Source: an uncultured Gammaproteobacteria bacterium (GTDB lineage: Bacteria; Pseudomonadota; Gammaproteobacteria; Steroidobacterales; Rariloculaceae). Taken from it: a stretch of DNA of 54,458 nt. The stretch's first letter is position 1, and every line of letters starts with the position of its first letter. The translations under genes and the position numbers were made by a program. The stretch covers positions 1 through 54,458 of the forward strand of contig CAZFJU010000001.1 in assembly GCA_964518995.1 (NCBI GenBank), written 5' to 3'. The notes under the pieces were generated by a model. That model saw nothing but the letters and a program-made list of their open reading frames with translations, had not been told where the DNA came from and made no database searches. Shown here one piece after another: positions 44,705 through 53,745 of this stretch.

Positions 44705-45468
44705 AGATCATGCAGATAGGGTTCGTGACGGGGCGTGCAGCCGCCATGTTGACGCTGGGATCCGCGCTCGCCGCCGGCGCTGCAGGCGCACAAGATGCCC
44801 CCGCGGATATTGGCGGCACGTGGACGATCTCATTCGCAGCCGGCGGCAATCCCGATTCGACGCAAACTGAGCGGGTGCAGGAGTCGGCGCCGCCGCTCAA
44901 GCCCGAGTATCGCGAAGCGTGGGAGGCACGCCAGGCGGCGATACGTGAAGCCGATGCGCGCGGCGAGCCGCTCGCGACCTCGGCAACGTTCTGTCTGCCG
45001 CAGGGTATGCCGTCGATGATGGGCAGCGGCGGACCGTTCCCGATGGAAATACTCGTTAGCGAAGGCCAGATCACGATCATCCAGGAAGCGTACAACCAGG
45101 TGCGCCGCATCTACCTCGATCGCCCCCAGCTTCCCCTCGATGAGATCGAGCCCGGCTTCTACGGCCGATCGGTCGGCCATTGGGAAGGCGACACGCTGGT
45201 CGTCGACACGATCGGCATCAAGGAGTCGGTCGAGTTTCGCCATGTTCCGCACACGCTCGACATGCGGATCACCGAGCGCATACGGCTCGTCGAGCCGGAC
45301 GTGCTCGTCGACGACATCACGATCGAGGATCCGGCGGTGCTCACCGAGCCGTGGCACGTGTCATTCACGTTCAACCGGCTGGCCGACTACGAGATGATGG
45401 AGTACGTATGTGAGGACAACCGCGAGTACGCGGACGAGTCCGGCGCGACCCGGCTGAGGCTCGAGTAA
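44701..45468 (+). CDS. Secreted hypothetical protein (partner of the DUF6152-like gene)
   Basis: GTG 44701 overlaps the upstream stop (GTGA); ATG 44710 is an alternative. Signal-like GRAAAMLTLGSALAAGAAGAQD. I recognise no family. Confidence 0.55.
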   Translation: MKIMQIGFVTGRAAAMLTLGSALAAGAAGAQDAPADIGGTWTISFAAGGNPDSTQTERVQESAPPLKPEYREAWEARQAAIREADARGEPLATSATFCLPQGMPSMMGSGGPFPMEILVSEGQITIIQEAYNQVRRIYLDRPQLPLDEIEPGFYGRSVGHWEGDTLVVDTIGIKESVEFRHVPHTLDMRITERIRLVEPDVLVDDITIEDPAVLTEPWHVSFTFNRLADYEMMEYVCEDNREYADESGATRLRLE

Positions 45469-45507
45469 CGCCGATCACGGCCTCCTTCGGACGGCGGCAC
45501 CGCAGAG

Positions 45508-47352
45508 TTGACCGACCACCCTCTTCGGTCGGCGTGGCGTAGCCTCGGAACGCTGAGGCCTGGCGCGCCGCGCCGTTGGTTGTTCGCGCTGCGCGCCGCC
45601 GTCTGCATGGGCGCACCGATGCTCGCCGGCTGGCTCGCAGGCGATATTCGCGCCGGGATGGTCGCAACGCTCGGCGGCTTCACCGCGCTCTATGGCAGCG
45701 GCCGGCCGTACCTGAGCCGCGCGCGCGAGCTCGCTTCGATCGGGCTAGGCTTTGCGCTCGCCGCCGCGCTCGGCTTCGCGATCGCGCCGCTCGGGTGGCT
45801 CGTCGTGCCGCTGATCGCGCTGTTCGCGATGCTGGCGACATGGTTCGCGAATGCATTCCGGATCGGGCCGCCCGGAGCGTACATGTTTCTGCTCGCGTGC
45901 GCGGCGGCCACGGCCATGCCGCGGATGGCGCCGTGGCATGGGGCCGCGCTCGTCGGCTCAGCCGCCGCCTTCGCATGGTGCGTCCATATGACCGGCGCGC
46001 TGTTTGCGCTACGCGGCCCGGAAAAAGCGGCGGTGCGGCAAGCCGCCTACGCGCTGATCGCGTTCATCGAGCAGGCCGGGACCCGGCGCGAGCACCGGGC
46101 CCGGCACGACGCCGCGCTCGCGCTTCACAATGCCTGGACGGCGCTCGTTGCGTTTCAGCCTGCGCCGCCGCGCACGCGCAGCCGGCTGAGAGCCCTCCGC
46201 GCGATCAACCGGCGCCTGAACGGCCTGTTCGCCGTAGCGCTGAAAATGCGTTCGACGAGCGACCGACGCATGCAAGCGATGAGCGACGAGATTCGCGGGC
46301 TGATTGCGAGCATCGACTCGCCGCGGACTTCCGCGGATTTTCAGGCACCCCACACGCTCCCGCTCGTGCGACCGTCCGCCGTCTCGATCGCGCTCGAAGC
46401 ATGGGCGCCCGGTTCCGCATCGCGGCTGGTCATTCTGCGCGTCGGTGCCGCGGCGCTGATCGCCGGCGTCGTCGGAGTCATCTTCGAGCTCGAGCGCGCG
46501 TATTGGGCCGTTGCCGCGTCGGTGCTCGTGCTGCATCAGGGGTTCGATTGGCTACGCACATTCGTACGTGCGATAGAGCGCTTGGTCGGCACGCTGGTCG
46601 GGCTGGTGTTGGCCGGCACGATCCTCGTGCTGCAGCCGCAGGGCCCGTGGCTCGTGCTGACCATGATGGCATTGACGTTCGCGATCGAGATGCTCGTGAT
46701 CCGGCACTACGCGGCGGCTACGGTATTCATCACCGGCGCCGGCTTGACCGTCGCGAGCGCTGGCCTGCCGGTCGAAAACGTCGGGGACTTCTTGCGCGCG
46801 CGCGGCGTCGATACCTTCGTCGGCTGCGTGATCGCCCTGCTGGTCTTTCGCGCAATGCCCGCGCCTAGGGCGGCCCCGCGCATGCCGCACCACGTCGTAC
46901 GTACGCTGGAGCTTGCGGACCGGCTCATCGGGCATCTCGCAGGCGGCGGCGTGCACACGGAGCACGGGCGCGCCGTAGAGCGTGATCTGCAGCATCAGAG
47001 CTTCGCGCTCGAGCGTGCTTACGAGTCGGCCGTGGCCAGCGCGGGTTCCGCACGCGACGCTGCCGAGGCTCTCTGGCCGACAATAGCCGCGACGCAGCGG
47101 CTCGCCTATCGCGTCTTGGCGATAGCGTGGAGCGTGCGGGAAGCGGCACCCGACGAGATGCACGAGCGCGTCGCACGGCTTCTCGGCAGCGGCAGCGCCG
47201 AGCATGCGCGCGCCGGTCTGCAGACGCTGATCGACGCCGCGCGCCGCGGTGTGCGCCCGGTGCGTGCTCCGGCCGAACTATCGCCGAATGTGCTCACGGC
47301 GGAGCTCGAAGATCTGTTCGAATGCCTGGCGCGAGAACACTCGCAGGCGTGA
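45508..47352 (+). CDS. FUSC-family (fusaric-acid-resistance / aromatic-acid-exporter-like) inner-membrane protein
   Basis: 614 aa with a TTG start at 45508; the start is uncertain. Two hydrophobic blocks are separated and followed by helical cytoplasmic regions. ERAYWAVAASVLVL is present. Confidence 0.7.
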   Translation: MTDHPLRSAWRSLGTLRPGAPRRWLFALRAAVCMGAPMLAGWLAGDIRAGMVATLGGFTALYGSGRPYLSRARELASIGLGFALAAALGFAIAPLGWLVVPLIALFAMLATWFANAFRIGPPGAYMFLLACAAATAMPRMAPWHGAALVGSAAAFAWCVHMTGALFALRGPEKAAVRQAAYALIAFIEQAGTRREHRARHDAALALHNAWTALVAFQPAPPRTRSRLRALRAINRRLNGLFAVALKMRSTSDRRMQAMSDEIRGLIASIDSPRTSADFQAPHTLPLVRPSAVSIALEAWAPGSASRLVILRVGAAALIAGVVGVIFELERAYWAVAASVLVLHQGFDWLRTFVRAIERLVGTLVGLVLAGTILVLQPQGPWLVLTMMALTFAIEMLVIRHYAAATVFITGAGLTVASAGLPVENVGDFLRARGVDTFVGCVIALLVFRAMPAPRAAPRMPHHVVRTLELADRLIGHLAGGGVHTEHGRAVERDLQHQSFALERAYESAVASAGSARDAAEALWPTIAATQRLAYRVLAIAWSVREAAPDEMHERVARLLGSGSAEHARAGLQTLIDAARRGVRPVRAPAELSPNVLTAELEDLFECLAREHSQA

Positions 47353-47454
47353 CGCGTGCGTCGCTCTCTCGCTGCGGCGCGCCTATCGTTGCCGATCGAA
47401 TCGAATGGGCATCGACACGCGTGACAGACGCGCCGCCTGGTACCGCGCCGCGGA

Positions 47455-50400
47455 TCAGGTGCCGAGGTTGAAACGCAGCCCGAGCGTGAAGTTCCGGCCA
47501 AGCGTCTCGAACACACCATTGTTCGTGTGCAGCGGCGGCCCGAGCGAGCCGACACCGCCCGGCACGAGCGGCGGATCCTTATCGAACAAGTTGCCGACGT
47601 AGAAGTAGAGCTCCGAGCTGTTGCCGCTCCAGTCCATCGTGTACGACAGATTCAGATTCGTATACGCGCGCGACGCGACGCTGTTGTCGACGATGTGCAC
47701 CCCTTCGATCCACTCGATGTCGCGAACGGTCTTATCCCGATAGCGGGTCTGCCAGTTCAAGCTGAACGGGCCATTCGTATAGGTGAGCGATGCGGTCGCC
47801 AGCCACTCGGGGAACTGCAGCTCGCCGGCCCGGTCGATCGGCGGCACGCCGACGAAGGTCGTGCTGACCTCGCTCAGATAGTTCGCGAACAGCCGAACGC
47901 CCAGCGACTCGCCGCCGCGCCGGAACCAATCGATGTCGCGACGATAGCTCGCCTCGAAGTCCACGCCCCGCGTCGTGGTCTCGGCGATATTGATGTACAG
48001 GTTGAAGATCTGGCTGATGCCCGGCTCGTTCGGATCATCGCTGCGCCGTATCAGCGCGCACACGCTCGGATTGAGCTCCACCGTGCCGCCGTCGACGCCG
48101 TAGCAGCGCCTGATGATCTCGAGCCCGCCCAGCTGATCGATTGCGTTGTCGATGCTGATGTCATAGGCGTCGACGGCGACGCTGAGCCCCTCTGCCCAGC
48201 GCGGCTGGTAAACCAGCCCGATCGTGAAAGTATCGGACTCCTCCGGCTCGATCGTCGGGTTGCCGCCGATCGTCGTCGCCGCGATGTACTGGACGGGGAA
48301 CAGCGGATCGACACCGACGCCGATGGTTGTGCCGCCGGTCTGCGTATCGAAACGCTCCGACAGCGTGCCGGCACGCGTATCGCGCGACCACGTGGCGCGC
48401 AGGCGCAGCGGATCGGCGATCTGCCAGTCGGCGCCGAGTTTACCGGCCCATACGCCGCCGCTGCCCGAATAGTCCGCGTAACGCACCGCCGCATGCAGGT
48501 CGATACTGCTGGTGTCGCCGCGGTACATCGGCACGATCGATTCGGCAAACACCTCCCAAACGTCGAACCGACCGTCGATTGTCCCTTCGTTGTTCGGGTT
48601 GCCGGTATAAAAGATGCCGCGGTCGCGAACCTGCGACGGCACACCGCGGATCGGTATCGGATCGTTCTCGATGCGGAATACGCCGATATCTTGCATGCGG
48701 CGCGGATCTTCCGCGTTCCCGAACGCGTCCTGGAAGACCCACTCCTCGCGATACGACAGACCGCCGCCGAGCGAAATCGGCCCCTGCCTCCGTTCGCGGC
48801 CGAGGTCCGTCTGCAGCGTGACCTCGAACATGTCCTGCCGCAAGCGCTGCCGATGGTGGACGCCGCCAGTCATGTAATCGATCGCCTCTTGCGAAATTTG
48901 CGCCGCGAAAGGATCGAACGGTACGCATTCGCTATTGCTCAACGGGTCGGCCCAAACCGGCAGCCCCAGGAAGCTGATCCGCGTAACTTCCGCCTCCTGC
49001 GCCGGCGTGAGGCCGCCGAACGCGGGCAGATTGGCGCGGCATGCGATCCGGCCCGTGGCCGGATCCACGGCTGAATCCAGCGCGCGATAGAATCGATCCA
49101 TTCGCAGCAGCTGCCCGTTGGACGAATAGTCGGCGACCTCGACGTTCTCGCCATATTGATAGTAGGCGCTCAAAAACAGCCGCTCGCCGATCCGGCCGTC
49201 GTAGCCGATGGTGATGGAGGTCGTGTCGTCGGTCACCTCGCGGGACGGGGCGATTTGCTCGAAGACGCGGGCATACGGAATGCTCGCGAGGCCTTCGTCA
49301 GCCATCCGCTGCGCAATCGGCTCCGGCAGGAACGGGTTATCCGCGAAGATCGTCATGCCCCAGAACGGTTGCAGCGCGAGCGGCGCCGGCAGCGAATCGA
49401 CCGTGTGGCGACCGCGTAGCACCTGGAAGTAACCGGTCCGATCATCGTCGAACTCGAACGCATAGTGCGCAAAGATACTGTGACGCTCGTCGTCCGGCCG
49501 CAAGACGGCCCAATCCTTCTGCAAGTCACGGCCGCCGCCGCCAACCTGCGCGTTACCGACGATCTGCGAGCCGGTGCCGAGCGGTACCGGCACCCCGTCG
49601 ACGAATTGCGTGCCGGCCAACGGCCCACCGGTGATCAGCCCGCCCGCAGTGACGGCGCGCGACCGACCGGGCGCTGCGTAGAACCGCAGCGGTATCTGGC
49701 CCGGCGGCACGACTGGCGTGAACAGCGCGTAGCCTTGTTGCCAGTCGCGATCATGCAAGCCCATGACGCCGTCGGCATTGTAATAGTCGACAGACGCAAT
49801 CAGGTGCCCGCGCTCGCCGATCGACGTCCCCGCGGCGAACTCGACCTGATAATTGTCATGGTCGCGCCGATCCGTCATGCCCGCCGTCAGGTTGCCCTTG
49901 ACCCCGGTAAAGCCGAGATCGAGGATGAAGTTCGTCACGCCGCTGATCGCGTCTGACCCATAGGCGGCAGACGCGCCGCCGGTGACGATCTCGACGCGAT
50001 CGATCAGCGCGGTCGGCAAGATCGAAACGTCGACGGTGCCGGCCTGCTGGCCGCTGACGATTCGCCGGCCGTTCAGCAGGGTCAGCGTGCGCTTCGAGCC
50101 GATGCCGCGCAGGTTGACGGCATTCGCGCCGCCCGATGCCGTGAAGATATTGCCGGTGTGAGATTGGTCGTTCTGCCGAAACTGCGGCATCTGATCGAGC
50201 GCATCCATGATCAGCGTCGGCGCCATCGCGCGCATCTCGGCCGAGCTGACCGCGGTAACCGGCGTCGGTGTCGACATGCCGTCGCGGCGCAGCCGCGAGC
50301 CGGTCACCATGACCTCTTCGACCGGGCCGCTGCTCTGCGCCACGGCGACGTCGACCCCCCCAACGGAGAGCACTGTCAGCAGACAGGCCCCGCCGATGCC

Positions 50401-50481
50401 CCCCAGTCCGAGAATTTTGCCGCGCTGCGCGTCGCATGAAGCGACCGCCTTCGCCAGCACCGAGCGTTCGAATCTCTGCAT
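47455..50481 (-). CDS. TonB-dependent receptor (about 1008 aa)
   Basis: ORF 47455..50526 trimmed to ATG 50481, with GGGAGGGAGG upstream. After the signal peptide comes EEVMVTGSRL (TonB-box region), then the plug motifs NLRGIGSKRTLTLLNGRR and DRVEIVTGGASAAYGSDAISGVTNF, then a long beta-barrel. Confidence 0.9.
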   Translation of the reverse strand: MQRFERSVLAKAVASCDAQRGKILGLGGIGGACLLTVLSVGGVDVAVAQSSGPVEEVMVTGSRLRRDGMSTPTPVTAVSSAEMRAMAPTLIMDALDQMPQFRQNDQSHTGNIFTASGGANAVNLRGIGSKRTLTLLNGRRIVSGQQAGTVDVSILPTALIDRVEIVTGGASAAYGSDAISGVTNFILDLGFTGVKGNLTAGMTDRRDHDNYQVEFAAGTSIGERGHLIASVDYYNADGVMGLHDRDWQQGYALFTPVVPPGQIPLRFYAAPGRSRAVTAGGLITGGPLAGTQFVDGVPVPLGTGSQIVGNAQVGGGGRDLQKDWAVLRPDDERHSIFAHYAFEFDDDRTGYFQVLRGRHTVDSLPAPLALQPFWGMTIFADNPFLPEPIAQRMADEGLASIPYARVFEQIAPSREVTDDTTSITIGYDGRIGERLFLSAYYQYGENVEVADYSSNGQLLRMDRFYRALDSAVDPATGRIACRANLPAFGGLTPAQEAEVTRISFLGLPVWADPLSNSECVPFDPFAAQISQEAIDYMTGGVHHRQRLRQDMFEVTLQTDLGRERRQGPISLGGGLSYREEWVFQDAFGNAEDPRRMQDIGVFRIENDPIPIRGVPSQVRDRGIFYTGNPNNEGTIDGRFDVWEVFAESIVPMYRGDTSSIDLHAAVRYADYSGSGGVWAGKLGADWQIADPLRLRATWSRDTRAGTLSERFDTQTGGTTIGVGVDPLFPVQYIAATTIGGNPTIEPEESDTFTIGLVYQPRWAEGLSVAVDAYDISIDNAIDQLGGLEIIRRCYGVDGGTVELNPSVCALIRRSDDPNEPGISQIFNLYINIAETTTRGVDFEASYRRDIDWFRRGGESLGVRLFANYLSEVSTTFVGVPPIDRAGELQFPEWLATASLTYTNGPFSLNWQTRYRDKTVRDIEWIEGVHIVDNSVASRAYTNLNLSYTMDWSGNSSELYFYVGNLFDKDPPLVPGGVGSLGPPLHTNNGVFETLGRNFTLGLRFNLGT

Positions 50482-50557
50482 GCCTCCCTCCCCCTTCGAG
50501 GCGTGCCGCCAAGCGCGGCACCGCAAACCACTTGTGATCGTCCTCTTGATCGCTTGT

Positions 50558-51421
50558 TTATTCGAGCGCGCGCAGCCCTTCGGTCAGCTCGAGCACGGTG
50601 CCCCACGGGTCGACGATCGTCGCCGTGCGGATTCCGTCGAGCTCCTCCGCTGTGCGGACGGGCTGGCTGAGCGTGATGCCCTTCTCCGCAAGCCGCTCGA
50701 CGAATCCATCGAGATCGCGCATCTCGAAGCCGACGGTGCCGACGGCGCGACCCGCGGTGCCGACGAGATCTTCCGCGGGAAGCCAGCTGAAGAAATTAAG
50801 CATGTAGCCGACGCCGGGAAGATCGGCGCCGATAAAGAAATCGGTTTGGCCGGGACGCAACGTCGCATCGAACGCCGCCATGTACCACTGCTGCATCTCG
50901 ACGAAGTCGCGATTCACGAAGTGCACATGGTGATGGGTAATCGCCGGCGGCGTCTCGACATCGCTGGTGACGAGCTCGACCTTGACGCCGTCCGGGCCGA
51001 CGAGATACGAGAAGCGGCCATAGTTGCCCGCGGTCGGCGGGCTTGCGGTTTCGCCGGGCGCGGGCTCGCGGCCGACCGTCAACTCGTAGCCCTTCTCTAC
51101 AACCCTCTCGGTGAGAGCCGGCACGTCCGGCACGGCGAAGCCGATGTGGTCGAAAGTCGTGCCGAGCGTCGGGCCGACAGGCGCTTTCTCGGTCAACAGC
51201 AGGTAGACATCCGGAAAGCGGATCGCCTGGGTCGCGCCGATCTTGATCGCTTCACCGCCGAGCGTATCGACCCAAAACGCGAGATGGTCTTCGATGCTTG
51301 AAACGTTCAGACGGTAATGGCCGACGATGACCGGCGCCTCATCGTTCGTGAGCTGCGCGAGCCCAGGGCTCGTCACGGCCATGAGAAGAACGGCGATGAT
51401 GCACCTGCTCGGCCCAGCCAT
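50558..51421 (-). CDS. Two-domain VOC (glyoxalase/bleomycin-resistance/extradiol dioxygenase) superfamily protein with signal peptide
   Basis: ORF 50558..51751 trimmed to ATG 51421. Signal: MAGPSRCIIAVLLMAVTSPGLAQ. Two repeats of the VOC pattern: FDHIGFAVPD...GVKVELV and VGFEMRDLD...DPWGTVLEL. Confidence 0.72.
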   Translation of the reverse strand: MAGPSRCIIAVLLMAVTSPGLAQLTNDEAPVIVGHYRLNVSSIEDHLAFWVDTLGGEAIKIGATQAIRFPDVYLLLTEKAPVGPTLGTTFDHIGFAVPDVPALTERVVEKGYELTVGREPAPGETASPPTAGNYGRFSYLVGPDGVKVELVTSDVETPPAITHHHVHFVNRDFVEMQQWYMAAFDATLRPGQTDFFIGADLPGVGYMLNFFSWLPAEDLVGTAGRAVGTVGFEMRDLDGFVERLAEKGITLSQPVRTAEELDGIRTATIVDPWGTVLELTEGLRALE

Positions 51422-51552
51422 ACGATTCTCTCGTGCCCTACTGCGACGGCCAGAGGCTAGCACCGTTGGCATCTCGGGCATAGCTCTGCTCTCTACCGGG
51501 TGCGGAAGAGCCGATGTCGCAAGCTCGAGCGGCCGTACGTCGGCCGTAGCGA

Positions 51553-52437
51553 TCAATCCGCGTCGCGATAGGCCTCGACCAGAAAGTCGACGAACGCGGT
51601 GATCTTCGTGCTCACCAGTCGTCGGGACGCGTGCAGCACCCAGATCTCGGTCGTGCGGTGCGGAACACTGCTCCAGATCGTGAGCTGCCCGGCCGCGGCG
51701 GCGTCGGCCGCGACGGCGCGCGGCAGCAGCGCCGCGCCGGCGCCGGCACACACCGCGTCGCGCACCATCAGCAGCGACGACAACCGAAGCCGCACGTCCG
51801 GCTCGATCGTCAGGCTTTCGCTAATTTTCCACGGGCCGCTGTCCGCAAGATGGGTCATTGCCACGGCCGGCACCCGCGGCGGCGCGCCGGCGCGGGCCGC
51901 CCTCGGCTTCGGCAGCCCGGGCGGGGCCGCGACGATCAGCTGGTCACTGCCGAGGCGTCTGCCGACGAGCGACTCGTCCCCGCGCGGGTTCGCGCGCAGC
52001 ACAACGTCGTAACCTTCCTCGATCAGATCCACATAGCGGTCTTCCGCGACAACCTCCAGCTGGACTGCGGGGTACCGCTTGCTGAATTCAGCCGCGAGCC
52101 GACCGAGCAGGGTTTGGCCGATGAACAGCGGCACGCTGACCCGCAGCCTCCCGCGCGGCTGAAGCGAACCCTCGGAAAGACATCGGCCCACGTCGAGAAT
52201 CTCCGCCACGAGACCGGTCGTGCGCTCGTGCAGCGCGCGCCCGTCCTCGGTGAGCTTCAGCGTGCGGGCGCCGCGCTCGAAGAGCCGCACGCCGAGACTC
52301 TGCTCGAGCGCCATCACCCGCCGCGACAGCGTGGCCTTAGGCCTTCCGCTCACCCGGCTCGCTTTGCCAAATCCCCCTTCTGACGCGACCAGAACGAAGT
52401 CTTCCATTAGGCCGAGATCCCACTTTCGATGGTCCAT
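51553..52437 (-). CDS. LysR-family transcriptional regulator
   Basis: ORF 51553..52545 trimmed to ATG 52437. The wHTH is FVLVASEGGFGKASRVSGRPKATLSRRVMALEQSLGVRLFER. It is divergent from the OYE gene. Confidence 0.9.
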   Translation of the reverse strand: MDHRKWDLGLMEDFVLVASEGGFGKASRVSGRPKATLSRRVMALEQSLGVRLFERGARTLKLTEDGRALHERTTGLVAEILDVGRCLSEGSLQPRGRLRVSVPLFIGQTLLGRLAAEFSKRYPAVQLEVVAEDRYVDLIEEGYDVVLRANPRGDESLVGRRLGSDQLIVAAPPGLPKPRAARAGAPPRVPAVAMTHLADSGPWKISESLTIEPDVRLRLSSLLMVRDAVCAGAGAALLPRAVAADAAAAGQLTIWSSVPHRTTEIWVLHASRRLVSTKITAFVDFLVEAYRDAD

Positions 52438-52543
52438 TTTCAAGACACCGTGTCTATTTAATATGCCTACCGATCCATGTACGGAACAGTATAGGCTACT
52501 GCGTCGCGAACGTTTAAGCCCCATAACAAGGAGGGAAGAAGAC

Positions 52544-53617
52544 ATGGCAACGATCTGGGATCCCGTGCAAGTCGGGCGGCTGACCTTGCCGAATCGGCTC
52601 GCGATGGCGCCGATGACCCGCAGTCGCGCCGAAGCGGACGGTACACCGGGGCCGCTCGCAGCGCAGTACTACGCACAACGCGCATCGCTCGGTTTGCTGA
52701 TCAGCGAGGGTGCGCAGCCTTCGGCCGACGGTCAGGGATATATGTCGACGCCCGGCATTTATACCGACCGCCACGTCGCCGGCTGGAAGCGCATCGCAGA
52801 TGCGGTGCACGATAACGGCGGGCGCTTGTTCGTTCAGCTGATGCACGTCGGTCGCGTCAGTCACCCCGATAACACGCCCCATCACCGCGCTGCGCTCGCG
52901 CCGTCCGCGGTGGCCACGGGCGCGAAGATGTTCACGCCGGGCGGCATGCTCGATGAGCCCGTGCCGCGGGCGATGACCGCCGCGGACATCCGCACCGCGA
53001 TCGACGAGTTCGCGCACGCGGCGACCCGCGCCATCGAAGCAGGCGCCGACGGCGTCGAGATCCACGGCGCGAATGGCTACCTGGTGCAGCAATTCTTGTC
53101 GACGAATGCGAACGTGCGGGACGACGAATACGGCGGATCGATCGAGAACCGTGCGCGGTTCGCGATCGAGACGGCCGCCGCAGTAGCGAACGCGATCGGC
53201 GCGGACCGCACCGGTATTCGCTTGTCCCCGGGCTCGACATTCAACGCCATCGACGAGGGCGCCGACTACGAGCCGCTTTATCGTTACTTGGTCGAGGGGC
53301 TGGCGAAGCTCGGGCTCGCCTACGTGCATGTCGTGCACCATGGCAACGAGCGCTTGCTGCAGGATCTAAGGCGACTGTGGCCGAACGCGCTGCTGCTCAA
53401 TCGGGGCGGACAGCCCTTGCAGCGCATCGGCGCGGATGTCGAGGCCGGCCTCGCCGACGTCATGACGCTCGGGCGCTGGGCGCTGTCGAATCCCGATCTG
53501 GTAGAGCGGCTTCGGGCCGGCGCGCCGCTGAACGAGCCGGATCCGGCCACGTTCTACGGCGGCGATGCGCGCGGATACACCGATTATCCGCGGCTCGCCG
53601 AGCCCGCGCTCGGTTGA
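52544..53617 (+). CDS. Old Yellow Enzyme family NAD(P)H:flavin oxidoreductase / alkene reductase (NemA-like)
   Basis: ORF 52220..53617 trimmed to ATG 52544, with AAGGAGGGAAG upstream. Motifs seen: LPNRLAMAPMTRSRA, VQLMHVGR, GVEIHGANGYLVQQFLS, DEYGGSIENRARF. Confidence 0.9.
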   Translation: MATIWDPVQVGRLTLPNRLAMAPMTRSRAEADGTPGPLAAQYYAQRASLGLLISEGAQPSADGQGYMSTPGIYTDRHVAGWKRIADAVHDNGGRLFVQLMHVGRVSHPDNTPHHRAALAPSAVATGAKMFTPGGMLDEPVPRAMTAADIRTAIDEFAHAATRAIEAGADGVEIHGANGYLVQQFLSTNANVRDDEYGGSIENRARFAIETAAAVANAIGADRTGIRLSPGSTFNAIDEGADYEPLYRYLVEGLAKLGLAYVHVVHHGNERLLQDLRRLWPNALLLNRGGQPLQRIGADVEAGLADVMTLGRWALSNPDLVERLRAGAPLNEPDPATFYGGDARGYTDYPRLAEPALG

Positions 53618-53745
53618 CGATCCGCCGTCCTGCGCGCGCCCGCGGCGCGCGGGACCGCCGGCGCGCCGCACCAACGGCATCCTTACCCGCCGCGGGCACG
53701 GTAGAATGCGGGCCATTCATTCTCGGCAGTCAGCGAGAGTCAGCT

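Noticed and set aside
45576-46868. 430-aa plus-strand ORF in another frame of the FUSC gene
   Set aside because: It is Arg-rich and out of frame. The 45508 frame gives coherent transmembrane segments.
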